From contig CATMOE010000002.1 of assembly GCA_950072105.1 (NCBI GenBank), forward strand, positions 1 through 64,000: 64,000 nt of DNA, given 5' to 3'. The notes below the pieces were generated by a model, which saw only the letters and a program-made list of their open reading frames with translations, had not been told where the DNA came from and ran no database searches. Shown one piece after another: positions 48,188 to 58,484 of the stretch. Origin of the DNA: an uncultured Dehalococcoidia bacterium. GTDB taxonomy: Bacteria > Chloroflexota > Dehalococcoidia > Lucifugimonadales > UBA3495. The number at the start of each line of letters is the position of its first letter. The first letter of the stretch is position 1. The translations under genes and the position numbers were made by a program.

Positions 48188-48320
48188 ACTAATACAATCC
48201 TCCCTGGACTTGCTCGGGCGCAGATATGCCATCCAGTGGGCGCCGCCTTGCTCCGGATAGTCCGCCCTCTCCTTTCTAGAGGAGTAATTAATCTCACGGT
48301 CCGCCCCCGGAGGGAAAACC

Positions 48321-49721
48321 ATGCCCGATTCGCTCAGCCGCACATTCGCTCAATTCCTCTCCCCCCTGCGTTATGAATCCATGCCGCCCGCCGTGGTGGA
48401 CAAGATCAAGGCCTCGATACTGCACGCGATGGTGACCGGCATCATCGGCGCGGATACCAGCCACGGGCAAGCCGCGATACACCTGGCAAAAACCGAAGAG
48501 GGCAAGCCTGACGGGGCCACGATATTGGTCGACGGCGGAAAGGCGACCCGTTGCGGCGCCGCCTTCGCCAACAGCAAGCTGATGCACGTGACCAACCAGG
48601 CAGACTCTTACCGCATGTTGATCCATCCCGGGGCCTGCGTGATCCCTTCGGCGTTGGCGGCCGCCGAGTTGGGTCACAAATCAGGGAGGGAATTCCTGAC
48701 CGCCGTGGTGGCAGGCTACGAAGTCGAGGCTCGGATCGCCGGAGACTTTATTCCGTCTACCCAGGCCCGGGGATTCCGTTCCAGTCCCGTGTACGGGACA
48801 TTGGGGGCGGCGGTATCTTGCGGGAAGCTCCTGGGCCTTAATGAAGACCAACTGGTGACAGCGCTGGCTTTGGCCTGCACCTTTACCGGAGGCACCACCC
48901 AGGGGGCCGCCAGAGGGGGTCAAGAGATGATGTACCACGAGCCCAACTCCACCCGCAGCGGTATCATGGCCGCCTTGCTCGCCCAAGAAAACCTCAGGGG
49001 CTCGGAAGAATCCCTTGAGGGCGACGCCGGGTTCTATAACGCCTTCACGGGCAACAACCGGGGCGAGCTATCTTACGTGTTCCAGGGTCCCAACCGAACG
49101 GAGATTTCCAACGTTGTGGCAGACTTGGGTACTAGGTGGGAGGTGCTCCACGTTACACCCAAGATCTACCAGACGGCGGGCTACAACTGTCCGGTCATAG
49201 ACCTGATGACGCAGATGCGGTCAAGGCACGAGCTTTCCCCGTCGGACGTGGCCCAGATTACCGTCGACATGAACTGGCTTGAGACGCTGTACCCTTCGCC
49301 GGAGTTCCCCAACACCACGCGGAATGCCGCCAGCGTGGGTAGCACCCACTATTTCGCTGCCTACACATTCGTGCACGGATTCTATCCTCCCTTAAAAGCA
49401 AGGATCATTCCGGACATGGCGGGGGACGCAGAGGAACAACAAGTCTTGGATTTGCTACAAAGGGTGGAAGTGCTAGGACACAAAGATCGCCCCGCGTTCG
49501 CGCCCCACATATCCATCCGCATGGTCGATGGAACCACCTATGAGGGCGAGTACAGCGGTAACGAACTGGAATGGGGCCTGGAAACCGAGATCTCGCGCAT
49601 CAGCCCACTGTTCGCGGACATCAACTGGCCCAGAGAAAAACTGGATGCCCTGGTGCAAACCGTGTCAACTCTGGAAGATCTGCCCAGCATCGATCCGATG
49701 ATTCAGCTTTGCGTCCGATAG
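48321..49721 (+). CDS. MmgE/PrpD family protein
   Basis: AAFAN, HPGACVIPSALAAAE, VAGYEV and LEGDAGFY motifs. Confidence 0.9.
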   Translation: MPDSLSRTFAQFLSPLRYESMPPAVVDKIKASILHAMVTGIIGADTSHGQAAIHLAKTEEGKPDGATILVDGGKATRCGAAFANSKLMHVTNQADSYRMLIHPGACVIPSALAAAELGHKSGREFLTAVVAGYEVEARIAGDFIPSTQARGFRSSPVYGTLGAAVSCGKLLGLNEDQLVTALALACTFTGGTTQGAARGGQEMMYHEPNSTRSGIMAALLAQENLRGSEESLEGDAGFYNAFTGNNRGELSYVFQGPNRTEISNVVADLGTRWEVLHVTPKIYQTAGYNCPVIDLMTQMRSRHELSPSDVAQITVDMNWLETLYPSPEFPNTTRNAASVGSTHYFAAYTFVHGFYPPLKARIIPDMAGDAEEQQVLDLLQRVEVLGHKDRPAFAPHISIRMVDGTTYEGEYSGNELEWGLETEISRISPLFADINWPREKLDALVQTVSTLEDLPSIDPMIQLCVR

Positions 49722-49841
49722 TAGGTTTCCGGAATCGCCGAAAACTTTATCGGCGGGCCAGCATGAATCACATTCCGGTCATTCGCATCAAATAAGGCGG
49801 CCTGCTTCTGGTGGGTCAGATACATCTATCTAGGATGTCTT

Positions 49842-50765
49842 TTGCTAAAATTATTTAGGCTATTGCCCCTTGGAATGCTCGGTGGACTTCTGCTGCTGCT
49901 GGCCGCGGCCTGTTCCGGAGCGCCCACCGTTACCCCTGCTCCCACCGCTGCGGCGCCTCCCGCAGTCCTTAATGGGCCGGAATACGGCGCCATCATTATT
50001 ACCACCGACCTGGCCCTCGGCTCTAACAGAGTTGTCTTTGGAATCGTGGACCGGAACGGAATGCCAGTCAGGAGTCAGCAGGCCCAAGTACGGGCTCTCT
50101 ACTTGCCCCCAGGCGACGCGCCGGGAGTGGAGAGGGCTTCGGCGATCGCCGAATTCAGAAAATGGCCCGCCGGGCCCCAGGGCGTATTTTCCACTATCCT
50201 GGAGTTCGACACACCGGGTTTTTGGCAGCTCGAGGTAACTACCACCGGGCCCGATGGGACGCCGGTGATGGCCCAGGGCGCTTTGCTGGTGAAGGAGAAA
50301 AGCGACACCCCGTCGTTGGGATCTCCCGCCCCGCAAAGCGTAACTCCAACCGGAGACGAAGTGGACGACCTAGCCACCATCACCAGTTCAACACAGCCGG
50401 ACCCCGATCTTTACAAACTATCGGTGCACCAGGCTCTCGCGTCGGGAAAACCTTTGGTGGTGGTATTCGCCACACCGGCCTTCTGCGTCAGCGCCACCTG
50501 CGGCCCCCAGGTAGAGGTACTCTCCGGCGTCAAGGACAGATTCGCCGGCAAAGCCAACTTCATCCACGTAGAAGTTTTCAAAGACCCCCATCTCATCCAG
50601 GGAAGCCGCCCCCCCGCCGACGGAACCGTCCCGGCAGTGGACGAGTGGAACCTCCCCACCGAGCCCTGGACATTCGTCGTGGACAAAGAAGGACGAATCA
50701 GCGCCAAGTTCGAGCAGTTCACCACGGGGGAGGAGATCGAAAAAGCCCTGAACGAGCTTCTCTAA
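49842..50765 (+). CDS. Lipoprotein with C-terminal thioredoxin-like domain
   Basis: Lipobox LAAAC; VVVFATPAFCVSATCGP, FIHVEV and LPTEPWTFVVD motifs. Confidence 0.8.
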   Translation: MLKLFRLLPLGMLGGLLLLLAAACSGAPTVTPAPTAAAPPAVLNGPEYGAIIITTDLALGSNRVVFGIVDRNGMPVRSQQAQVRALYLPPGDAPGVERASAIAEFRKWPAGPQGVFSTILEFDTPGFWQLEVTTTGPDGTPVMAQGALLVKEKSDTPSLGSPAPQSVTPTGDEVDDLATITSSTQPDPDLYKLSVHQALASGKPLVVVFATPAFCVSATCGPQVEVLSGVKDRFAGKANFIHVEVFKDPHLIQGSRPPADGTVPAVDEWNLPTEPWTFVVDKEGRISAKFEQFTTGEEIEKALNELL

Positions 50766-50977
50766 CCTCTCTTTCGTAAAATCGACGATATAAGACATCT
50801 TTGCGTAATGTAACGCCGATGTATCGCGGATAGTCAGTCTGCCTCGGCGGCCTCTAGATATGGTGTGAACCGAGGCCATTCCTACCTACGGCGCATCATC
50901 CTCCGCCCAACACGCGCGCCCAACCGGATAACTGAATACAAGGTAGGTGGTTTCTTGTCTCATAGTTCAGGACTAGG

Positions 50978-52435
50978 CTAACACTGTGGAATGCAGAAAT
51001 CAGATGCTAATCCATCAGTGCCCAAATCGGTCCTTATACCGATGGGACCATTTGTGGCTCCGGCCGGCACCTCGACCAAAAGTAGTTCTTTGCTGGCTGT
51101 GACGATTTCAGCAGGGCTCCCGTTAAAGGTGACAGATGCGATTCCCGAGAATCCCAAGAGATTTCGTCCGTGGACTTCCACGCGTTGTCCAACTGGTCCT
51201 TCAACTGGGCTGACATCTAAGACCTCGGGGACGGTCACTCTGGTGAGTGCCGTACGTCGTACATTCACCATGTTGGAGTTAATGTCGTAGCTATAATTGA
51301 AGCGTAATCCCCCAGTTATTTGCTCTTGCTCATCCCTATGTGTGATGTCTCTGATGTTTATGAGTGGCCTCACAGGCTCTAATTCATCTGGGTTAGGCGG
51401 CTCTGGGGGGCGAGGCGGTTCGGTATCTGGCCAATGCCAATCCCAAGAGGATGTCTTGGTCCCATCCTCATCGTGGGTGATTGAGTCGTGAATCTTCCCG
51501 TATGTCGTCCACCAACCATTGGTTTCTTTTCCGTCAGGAAATAATATGTCATGAGTTTTGTGAAATTTTGAAATCTTACCTTCCTTGTATTCCCACGTCT
51601 TCCACCATTTGTTGTCGGTTTCGTTAGGAGCCCCAATATTAAGCAAGTGTCTTTCATGCAGAGCAGTGACTCTTCATTGATCGTCATATTCCCATTCTTT
51701 CCACCACTTTGCAGGCTTACCGTCTTTACCAAGAGTTCCCTCACCATGAATTGCGGTAATTCGCCCTTTATCGTCATACGTGTAGTTATCCCAACTGCGC
51801 TCAGTAACTTTGTCGCCAAGCAAATGTTCAATGTGCCTACTTTCCAATCTTCCGGCCTCGTCTCTTTTATCTTCAGTTTTCCAAGTCTTCCTAGTCTCGT
51901 CTTGTAACAACATGGTATTTTCATTCGCAACAAGAAATTCGCCGGAAGGAGACCACTGATACGTTTCTATCTCTGTGATCACACCCGTGGGCGATGGCCC
52001 CACGAATTCCCGGGTGCGTTGGGAAGGCCTTCCCGTCTCGTCAAGCTCCAGTGTGTCTAAATAGTTCACACCGGTATCCGCTCCAGTAATGACAGCATAT
52101 CCTGTCGCGAGAACTTCTTCTTCTTTCACAACCTGAATTTGAACGGCGCCTGCCGCCAAAGCTACAACTCGTCCACTTGGACCTACGAAAGCCGTACTAT
52201 CATCCTTGGAAAGCCAAGTTGCACCGGATGGAACATTCGCTCCACTGAGCGTGAAGGAGTCCCCGATCGAAACTATAATAATCCGAGGGGAAATACCTGG
52301 TTCTGCGACGATGGGCTCGGCGACGATGGGCTCGGCGAATACGGGCTCGTCACCTTTATTCTTGCAACCTACAACAATTAGAACGCAAATGGCGAGGGCA
52401 ACAAAAGCCAGGAGAGTCCTTGCTCCATTCATCAC
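50978..52435 (-). pseudogene. Lower-GC surface lipoprotein (Ig-like, YD/RHS-like repeats, Pro linker, IPT/TIG) interrupted by in-frame TGA at 51674-51676
   Basis: ORFs 51674-52435 and 50978-51646 share one frame. Lipobox IVVGC, Big_2-like W.S.D..TA.V..SG.V.A..AG, Y.YDDxGR repeats, C-terminal VSPVEGPVGQRVEVHGRNL...VTFNG...VPAGATNGPI. Confidence 0.75.
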
Positions 52436-52547
52436 ACATTTCTTTTTCAGCAGGTTATTTTATCAAGTTACTCTATAATGTATATTTTCCCCTCAAGTTG
52501 TGTCAAGAGATTAATGCCTTTCGTAAAGAAGGTTTGGAGTTTCCCTC

Positions 52548-52928
52548 TCAGTCACTAATCTTCACCGCCACCAACAACTCCCCCCGGCGAACGTAAGACA
52601 CCGTCACGGTCTCACCGAATAGCTGGTGCTCCCGCAGGTGGGACGGTGAAAATTCCAGAGGCCCCTCGGCAGTAAAGGTCCAGACCGTCCCGTTTTCATC
52701 CCGGATGCCAAGCGTTTCCAATTCAACGATGTTGCGTCCGGAAACTTCCACCACCAAGCCTTCCACTTCTCCGCTGGCCTCGCCCGGTCTGGAAGTTACG
52801 GCGCCGGTATCGTCTCCGGAGCCGCATGCTAATAGCATGAGGAACGTGGCGGCCAACGCCGCTCGGGCCAGTGCACTTTTCAACCAAGCGGCTTTGCCTA
52901 TCTTGACTGGGGAGATTCCAGCGGTCAT
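52548..52928 (-). CDS. Hypothetical lipoprotein
   Basis: Lipobox LLAC; FSPSHLREH motif; co-oriented downstream of the ABC permease. Confidence 0.7.
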   Translation of the reverse strand: MTAGISPVKIGKAAWLKSALARAALAATFLMLLACGSGDDTGAVTSRPGEASGEVEGLVVEVSGRNIVELETLGIRDENGTVWTFTAEGPLEFSPSHLREHQLFGETVTVSYVRRGELLVAVKISD

Positions 52929-52943
52929 CGAAACCAAGCTGCT

Positions 52944-54032
52944 TTAGCTGAAACGGAAGACTTTGGCCGCTACCACCGCGGTTCCGGCCGCCCATCCCGC
53001 TAAGATGGCCAGTTGGGGCCAGGTCTCCCACAGAGGCGCGCCGTCGATGGCCACTTGTCGTAGGGCCGATAACATTGGCGTCAGGGGCAACCCCTCGGCT
53101 AGGTCCGGGAAGATCCAGGGAAAGGTGTCGGTGGAGAAAAATGTACCCGCAAAGAACATCATGGGCAAAACAACCGCGTTGCCCATACCGGATGCCGCCG
53201 CCGGGGTGCGCGCCCAAGCGGAGAGTATGAACCCGATGTTCAGAAACACTAGGCTGCCCAGGGGCACGATGACAAAGAGCCATGCCGGATTTCCATGTAT
53301 CTTGGCGCCGAACACGAACACGCCCACGGAGAGAATGATGGCCGCCTGCACCATTGCCAGCACCAAGTGGGCGGTAATCTCGCTGGCGAAGTATTTCCAG
53401 ATAGGCAGTGGGGTAACCAGCAACCTTTTCAATATGGATTGATTTCGATAGGTACTGATCCGGACCGGGATGGAGATTATCGCGCTAGTCATGATACCCA
53501 GTGCCATCAGGCCCATGAGGACACTATCGAAGTAGGAAACCTCTGGCACCAAGATCTCTATTGAGACCACCGGCAGCGCCTGCTCGGCGGAGAGGTTGGC
53601 GGGTTGCACTTTGGCCACCAGATTTCTTACCACTCCATCCACCAACTGGTTTCTCTGGGCATCTCTGGTGTTATACAAAAAGGTTACCGGGATCGGAACG
53701 ATCGTCGTATCCCGCGGGGAAAGATCGACGAATCCTGGGGGGATTATCACCAGATAATCCAGGTCACCATCGGCCACTCGGCCGCGGGCAGCGGACTCAG
53801 AGATTTGCGCATCTTCCAAACCCAGAAACTCGATCGCTGCCAGTTCGTCGCGCAACAGCTTTGAGGCATCTGTGTCCGCTTGGTCCACCAGAACCAGATT
53901 AGGAGATCCCACACCCTTGATATCCAGAAGTCCGAAGACCACCACCAGCAACAAGGGGAAGAACAATGCCCAGAAAGTCGCCTGGCGATTCCGAGCCATC
54001 ATCTTAAGGTTGGCAAATGTGAACGCCAGCAT
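52944..54032 (-). CDS. ABC-2 type transporter permease
   Basis: FWALFFP, ILKRLLVTP and MMFFAGTFF motifs. Confidence 0.92.
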   Translation of the reverse strand: MLAFTFANLKMMARNRQATFWALFFPLLLVVVFGLLDIKGVGSPNLVLVDQADTDASKLLRDELAAIEFLGLEDAQISESAARGRVADGDLDYLVIIPPGFVDLSPRDTTIVPIPVTFLYNTRDAQRNQLVDGVVRNLVAKVQPANLSAEQALPVVSIEILVPEVSYFDSVLMGLMALGIMTSAIISIPVRISTYRNQSILKRLLVTPLPIWKYFASEITAHLVLAMVQAAIILSVGVFVFGAKIHGNPAWLFVIVPLGSLVFLNIGFILSAWARTPAAASGMGNAVVLPMMFFAGTFFSTDTFPWIFPDLAEGLPLTPMLSALRQVAIDGAPLWETWPQLAILAGWAAGTAVVAAKVFRFS

Positions 54033-54034
54033 CG

Positions 54035-54958
54035 TTAGTCCTGCAACTCGTTGCCGGTCAGTTCAAGGAAGACATCCTCCAGAGTGACGGGGGCTATTTC
54101 CAGCCGCTCTAGGTTGATGTCGCTGCGCACCATCTCGTCCAGTACTTTGCCGAGAGATGAAGGGCCGCCCTTCAGACGCAGCAGATAAGCGTTGCCGTCT
54201 AACTCCTGAACAAACTCCACGGTGCCGTTCAGGGATGCCATTTGTCCCTCGGTCAGCGGATGGTCCAAGGCTAGCTTTACGGTGTAAGCGGCTTTTAGAC
54301 GGCTGATCAGGTTCCTAGGCGTGTCCACCGCCAGCAGGCAGCCCCGGTCCATGATGGCAAGCCTATCGCACAGATCTTCAGCCTCTTCCATGTAGTGGGT
54401 AGTTAGAACAACTGTAACGCCCCGCTGGTGTATCTCCCGGATGAGTGCCCAGATATTACGGCGGGCTTGTGGGTCAAGACCAGTGGTGGGTTCGTCCAGG
54501 ATTATCAATTCCGGGTCGTTGATCAGGCCGGCGGCCACGGTGAATCGTTGCACTTGGCCGCCGGAGAGATGTTTGACGTAGCTGCCCGCCTTGTCGAGGA
54601 GACCTACCTGTTCCAGCAGGGTTTGAGGCGGTATGCGTTTAGGATAAAAAGTCCCAAGGAGGGAGAGGATCTCTTGGAGGGAAAGGTAGTCGAAGTAGGC
54701 TGAAGACTGGAGTTGGACGCCGATCCTTGCTTTGACTTCGTTGCGGTGGCGGGAAATATCCAGGTCCAAGACGGTGACCCGGCCCTCAGTAGGCGCTTGG
54801 AGACCTTCGATAATCTCAAGGATCGTGGTTTTGCCCGCGCCGTTCGGCCCTAAAATGCCGAAAATCTCGCCCCGATTCACAGTAAAAGAAACCTGGTCAA
54901 CTGCTGTGAAGGAACCGTAACGCTTGACCAGGCCCTCTACCCGAATCGCAGTATCCAT
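54035..54958 (-). CDS. ABC transporter ATP-binding protein
   Basis: GPNGAGKTT, LSGGQ, LDEPTTGLDP and TTHYMEEAE motifs. Confidence 0.95.
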   Translation of the reverse strand: MDTAIRVEGLVKRYGSFTAVDQVSFTVNRGEIFGILGPNGAGKTTILEIIEGLQAPTEGRVTVLDLDISRHRNEVKARIGVQLQSSAYFDYLSLQEILSLLGTFYPKRIPPQTLLEQVGLLDKAGSYVKHLSGGQVQRFTVAAGLINDPELIILDEPTTGLDPQARRNIWALIREIHQRGVTVVLTTHYMEEAEDLCDRLAIMDRGCLLAVDTPRNLISRLKAAYTVKLALDHPLTEGQMASLNGTVEFVQELDGNAYLLRLKGGPSSLGKVLDEMVRSDINLERLEIAPVTLEDVFLELTGNELQD

Positions 54959-55181
54959 GATAACATCGTGAATTATATCACACGCTCACTTTGCGCCTGG
55001 CCGCTGAGGTTTCACGGGCATTCCCGCCCTTAATGTCCGACTCGGCTCCAAGTAGTCCTCGGCCTCCCGGACGAACAGATCGGCGCTCTCGGCTAGCATC
55101 AGCATTACGGTCCAAATGTTCAAGAACTCACGTAGGCCGGTCGACTTGTCATGAAACTATGTTAGATTGCCAGGCTGTTTT

Positions 55182-56150
55182 ATGGCAATAGGACAGGCAT
55201 CTGATACGCCGCCCGAGACCGGCAGAACGGGCTCCCGGTTTCGCCGCCTAACACTGGTCACCGTTTTGGCCGGATTTGCCTTGATTGTTCTGGGCGGTGT
55301 GGTTCGGGTTACCGAATCTGGATTGGGCTGCCCTGACTGGCCCCTCTGCCAAGGCCGGTTGATCCCTCCTCTCGAGACGTCAGCCATCATCGAATATTCC
55401 CACCGATTGGTCGCCTCCGCCGTGTTAGGCCCCTTGATCGTAGCTACCTGCGCCGTGACCTGGATCTCCTACCGGCGAGACCGCTGGCTGGTGGCCCCGG
55501 CCACGGTCGGACTGATTCTGATGTTGGCACAAGCATTGCTGGGTGGAGCAACGGTATTGACCGGCCTTCCCGGATGGATCGTCGCCGCCCACCTGGCCTT
55601 GGGTGAGGCGCTGCTGGCTTGCCTCATCCTGGTAGCCGTGGTGGCCTATTTCGGGCCCCCAGTGCTTCCTCGAAGCCTGCATGATACGGACGGCGGCCTG
55701 CGTTTCCCGATCCTGGCGTTGGTCTCAGGACTCGGGATATATCTGATCGTCATTTCTGGGTCGATAGTCACCAATTCCGGGGCGACGGGCGCGTGCTCAA
55801 ACTGGCCGCTCTGTCAATTCCAATTGCTACCCGGCGGTGGTCTGCCTTTGATCCACATGTCCCATCGAGTGGTCACTGTGATCATCGGGGTTATTTTCCT
55901 ATATACTTTGTATGTAGCCTACCAGCAGCATTTCAAGACTCCCCAGCTACGGTGGCCGTCCTTGATCGCCGCGGTTTTATTCGCTGCCCAGGTAGTTGTG
56001 GGAGCCGCAACTGTATTAATGAATTTCCCGCCGGAATTAAGAGCTTTGCATCTATCGTTAGCTACATTGATTTGGGGAACCGTGGCCGCCTTGGCCATTT
56101 TGAGTTTGATCGTGTCCGGTGAAGATCTCCCGGAAGCATCCAATGCTTGA
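55182..56150 (+). CDS. ctaA: Heme A synthase (CtaA/COX15)
   Basis: SGLGCPDWPLC, EYSHR, ACSNWPLC and HMSHR motifs. Confidence 0.9.
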   Translation: MAIGQASDTPPETGRTGSRFRRLTLVTVLAGFALIVLGGVVRVTESGLGCPDWPLCQGRLIPPLETSAIIEYSHRLVASAVLGPLIVATCAVTWISYRRDRWLVAPATVGLILMLAQALLGGATVLTGLPGWIVAAHLALGEALLACLILVAVVAYFGPPVLPRSLHDTDGGLRFPILALVSGLGIYLIVISGSIVTNSGATGACSNWPLCQFQLLPGGGLPLIHMSHRVVTVIIGVIFLYTLYVAYQQHFKTPQLRWPSLIAAVLFAAQVVVGAATVLMNFPPELRALHLSLATLIWGTVAALAILSLIVSGEDLPEASNA

Positions 56151-57072
56151 CCGGCCAACTCTAACAGGGTCGGAACCGGACGCCGGACTGAGCCGTCTGC
56201 AAAGTCTGGTGCAGTCGTTCAACGATTATCTGGCGATGACGAAGCCCCCCATCGTGGTCCTGCTTCTGTTCACCGCCATCGGCGGTATGTTTTTGGCGGC
56301 GCAAGCCGTTCCACCTTGGCACATCGCTCTGCTCGTGTGCCTGGGCGGAGCTTTGGGGGCCGGTGGGGCGAACGCGCTGAACCACTACCTCGACCAGGAC
56401 ATCGACGAGAAGATGTCCCGCACGGCCCAGCGGCCCTTGCCGGGGAACCGGATCGCTCCCCGTAACGCGCTGATCTTCGGCATAGTTTTGAACGTCGCGG
56501 CGTTCTTGATCTTGGGCGCTTGGGTCAACTTGCTAGCCGCCTTTCTTACCCTGGCCGCGACCCTGTTCTACGTGTTCGTTTATACCATGTGGCTGAAACG
56601 AACGACACCTCAGAATATAGTCATCGGAGGGGCCGCGGGAGCGATTCCTCCGATGGTTGGGTGGGTGGCGATCACCGGCAGCCTGGACCTGCCGGCCCTG
56701 TATATGTTCACCATCATATTTTTCTGGACGCCGCCCCATTTCTGGGCATTGGCGTTGCTGATCAAGGACGACTATGCGGAGGCGGGGATCCCCATGCTGC
56801 CCGTGGTTTCGACTTCGGAGCACACGGCACTCCATATCTTCCTGTACTCTCTGGTGCTGGTGGCCCTAAGCCTAGTTTTTGCCGCCACTTCCGCCGTTGG
56901 TTTGATTTATCTGGGCACGGCGACAGCGTTGGGAATAATCTTTGTCGCCATGGCTTGGCGCTTGCTTCGGGAGAGCACCAGACGCCGGGCCAAACCCCTA
57001 TACCTGTACTCCCTACTCTACCTGGCGCTGCTCTTCGTTGCGATGATGGTCGATAGTACAGTACGCATATGA
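56143..57072 (+). CDS. ctaB: Protoheme IX farnesyltransferase (heme O synthase)
   Basis: DQDIDEKMSRT..RPL, LKRTTPQNIVIGGAAGAIPP and FWTPPHFWALA motifs. Confidence 0.95.
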   Translation: MLDRPTLTGSEPDAGLSRLQSLVQSFNDYLAMTKPPIVVLLLFTAIGGMFLAAQAVPPWHIALLVCLGGALGAGGANALNHYLDQDIDEKMSRTAQRPLPGNRIAPRNALIFGIVLNVAAFLILGAWVNLLAAFLTLAATLFYVFVYTMWLKRTTPQNIVIGGAAGAIPPMVGWVAITGSLDLPALYMFTIIFFWTPPHFWALALLIKDDYAEAGIPMLPVVSTSEHTALHIFLYSLVLVALSLVFAATSAVGLIYLGTATALGIIFVAMAWRLLRESTRRRAKPLYLYSLLYLALLFVAMMVDSTVRI

Positions 57073-57149
57073 TGAAACCTGTTCCTTACAACAAGTAAAT
57101 GACGATTGACGGTAACAAGGATAGTGGCATCCACCTGTATTCAGGTGCG

Positions 57150-57207
57150 TTGACAGCCTTAATAAGGCTGTGATAATGTCCCAATCGGATAGTGAAAAAA
57201 AGCACAG
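57150..57207 (+). promoter_or_regulatory. Promoter of the oxidase operon with palindromic spacer and downstream Rex-like box
   Basis: TTGACA-N16-GATAAT; 9-1-9 palindrome ACAGCCTTA-A-TAAGGCTGT (57153-57171); TAGTGAAAAAAAGCACAG (57190-57207). Confidence 0.5.
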
Positions 57208-57213
57208 ACCCTA

Positions 57214-58389
57214 GTGTTTGAGGTCAGGGATAGCTTGAAGCCACAGGTCGGACCACTCACACGGTTCAGCAGCCGAATCAGGAGCGGCGGACACTATTAC
57301 CGGCGTTTCGCCAAGTTTGCGATTCTCGCCGGGGTGTTGCTACTTCTTCTGGCTTGTTCCACAGGCAAGCAGTCCACCTGGGACCCGGTAGGGCCCGTAG
57401 CTGAAAGACAGTTGCTCCTGTTCAACGTCCTGCTCTGGGTGATGGTGGCGGTGTTCATCATCGTCGAAGGGGTGCTGGTCTACGCGGCGATCCGTTACCG
57501 CCGCCGCCCCGGACAGGAATTACCCAACCAGACCCACGGTAACATGACCTTGGAAATCACCTGGACCATTATTCCCACCATCTTGATCATGGCCCTGGGG
57601 ATCTGGTCGGTGATCACGATCTACGAATTTGATGAACCACCGGCTTCCGCAGACATTTTGCACGTGAACGTCACGGGCCACCAATGGTGGTTTGAGTTCG
57701 AGTACGAAGATGCCGGTGGCGGCAAGCGGATCGTCACCGCCAACGAGCTCAGAGTGCCGGTGGATCGAGCCGTCAGGCTGACCCTGGAAAGCGACGATGT
57801 GCTCCACAGTTTCTGGATCCCAAAGCTGGCGGGAAAAATAGACGTTGTTCCCACCAGGACTAACCACCTGTGGTTCCAAGCCGATTCCGACAAGATCGAC
57901 TCTTTACCCGCAACATTCTATGGGCAATGTGCCGAGTTCTGCGGCATCGCCCACGCCTTGATGAAATTCCGGGTACGTGTCTTGAGCCAGGAGGGTTATG
58001 ACGCATGGGTGCGGAACTATGGCCCGCCGCCCGCTAACACCGAGCAGGCCAAGCAGGGCCAGCGAGTGTTCGGCAACTGCGTAATGTGTCATTCCATCGA
58101 CGGTGAAAACGACTCCCAGGCTCAAGCCAGCCGGAAACAGGCCTTCCTATCCGGCGGCGCGTTGGTCCCGGCGCCAAACCTAACAGACCTGCGCACCAGG
58201 GAGAGTCTCGCAGCGGGCTTGTTGGACCTGAACAAGGAAACCCTGAAACGCTGGGTAAGAAACCCGGAGGACGTGAAGCCGGGCAACTATATGAAATCCC
58301 GGGCTGCTCACCTATATGGGACCGGAGAACTAAGTCTCAGCGACAGCGACTTGGATGCCGTCGTTGCTTACCTTTTGAACTTACAGTAG
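57214..58389 (+). CDS. ctaC: Cytochrome c oxidase subunit II with C-terminal cytochrome c (caa3 type)
   Basis: LEITWT, GHQWWF, DVLHSFWIP, CAEFCGIAHALM (CuA) and CVMCH heme motif; start codon uncertain. Confidence 0.93.
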   Translation: MFEVRDSLKPQVGPLTRFSSRIRSGGHYYRRFAKFAILAGVLLLLLACSTGKQSTWDPVGPVAERQLLLFNVLLWVMVAVFIIVEGVLVYAAIRYRRRPGQELPNQTHGNMTLEITWTIIPTILIMALGIWSVITIYEFDEPPASADILHVNVTGHQWWFEFEYEDAGGGKRIVTANELRVPVDRAVRLTLESDDVLHSFWIPKLAGKIDVVPTRTNHLWFQADSDKIDSLPATFYGQCAEFCGIAHALMKFRVRVLSQEGYDAWVRNYGPPPANTEQAKQGQRVFGNCVMCHSIDGENDSQAQASRKQAFLSGGALVPAPNLTDLRTRESLAAGLLDLNKETLKRWVRNPEDVKPGNYMKSRAAHLYGTGELSLSDSDLDAVVAYLLNLQ

Positions 58390-58484
58390 ACTAATCGAGA
58401 TACACACCTAGAGAAGATTTTAGCTTCCAGCAGACGTTTCCCTGGGAACGGGAAAGCGGGTAACAGAAACGTCGGAGACGGACC

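Noticed and set aside
51674..51676. Selenocysteine at this UGA
   Set aside because: The position matches Gly in sister repeats, not Cys, and no SECIS-like hairpin lies at a suitable distance.
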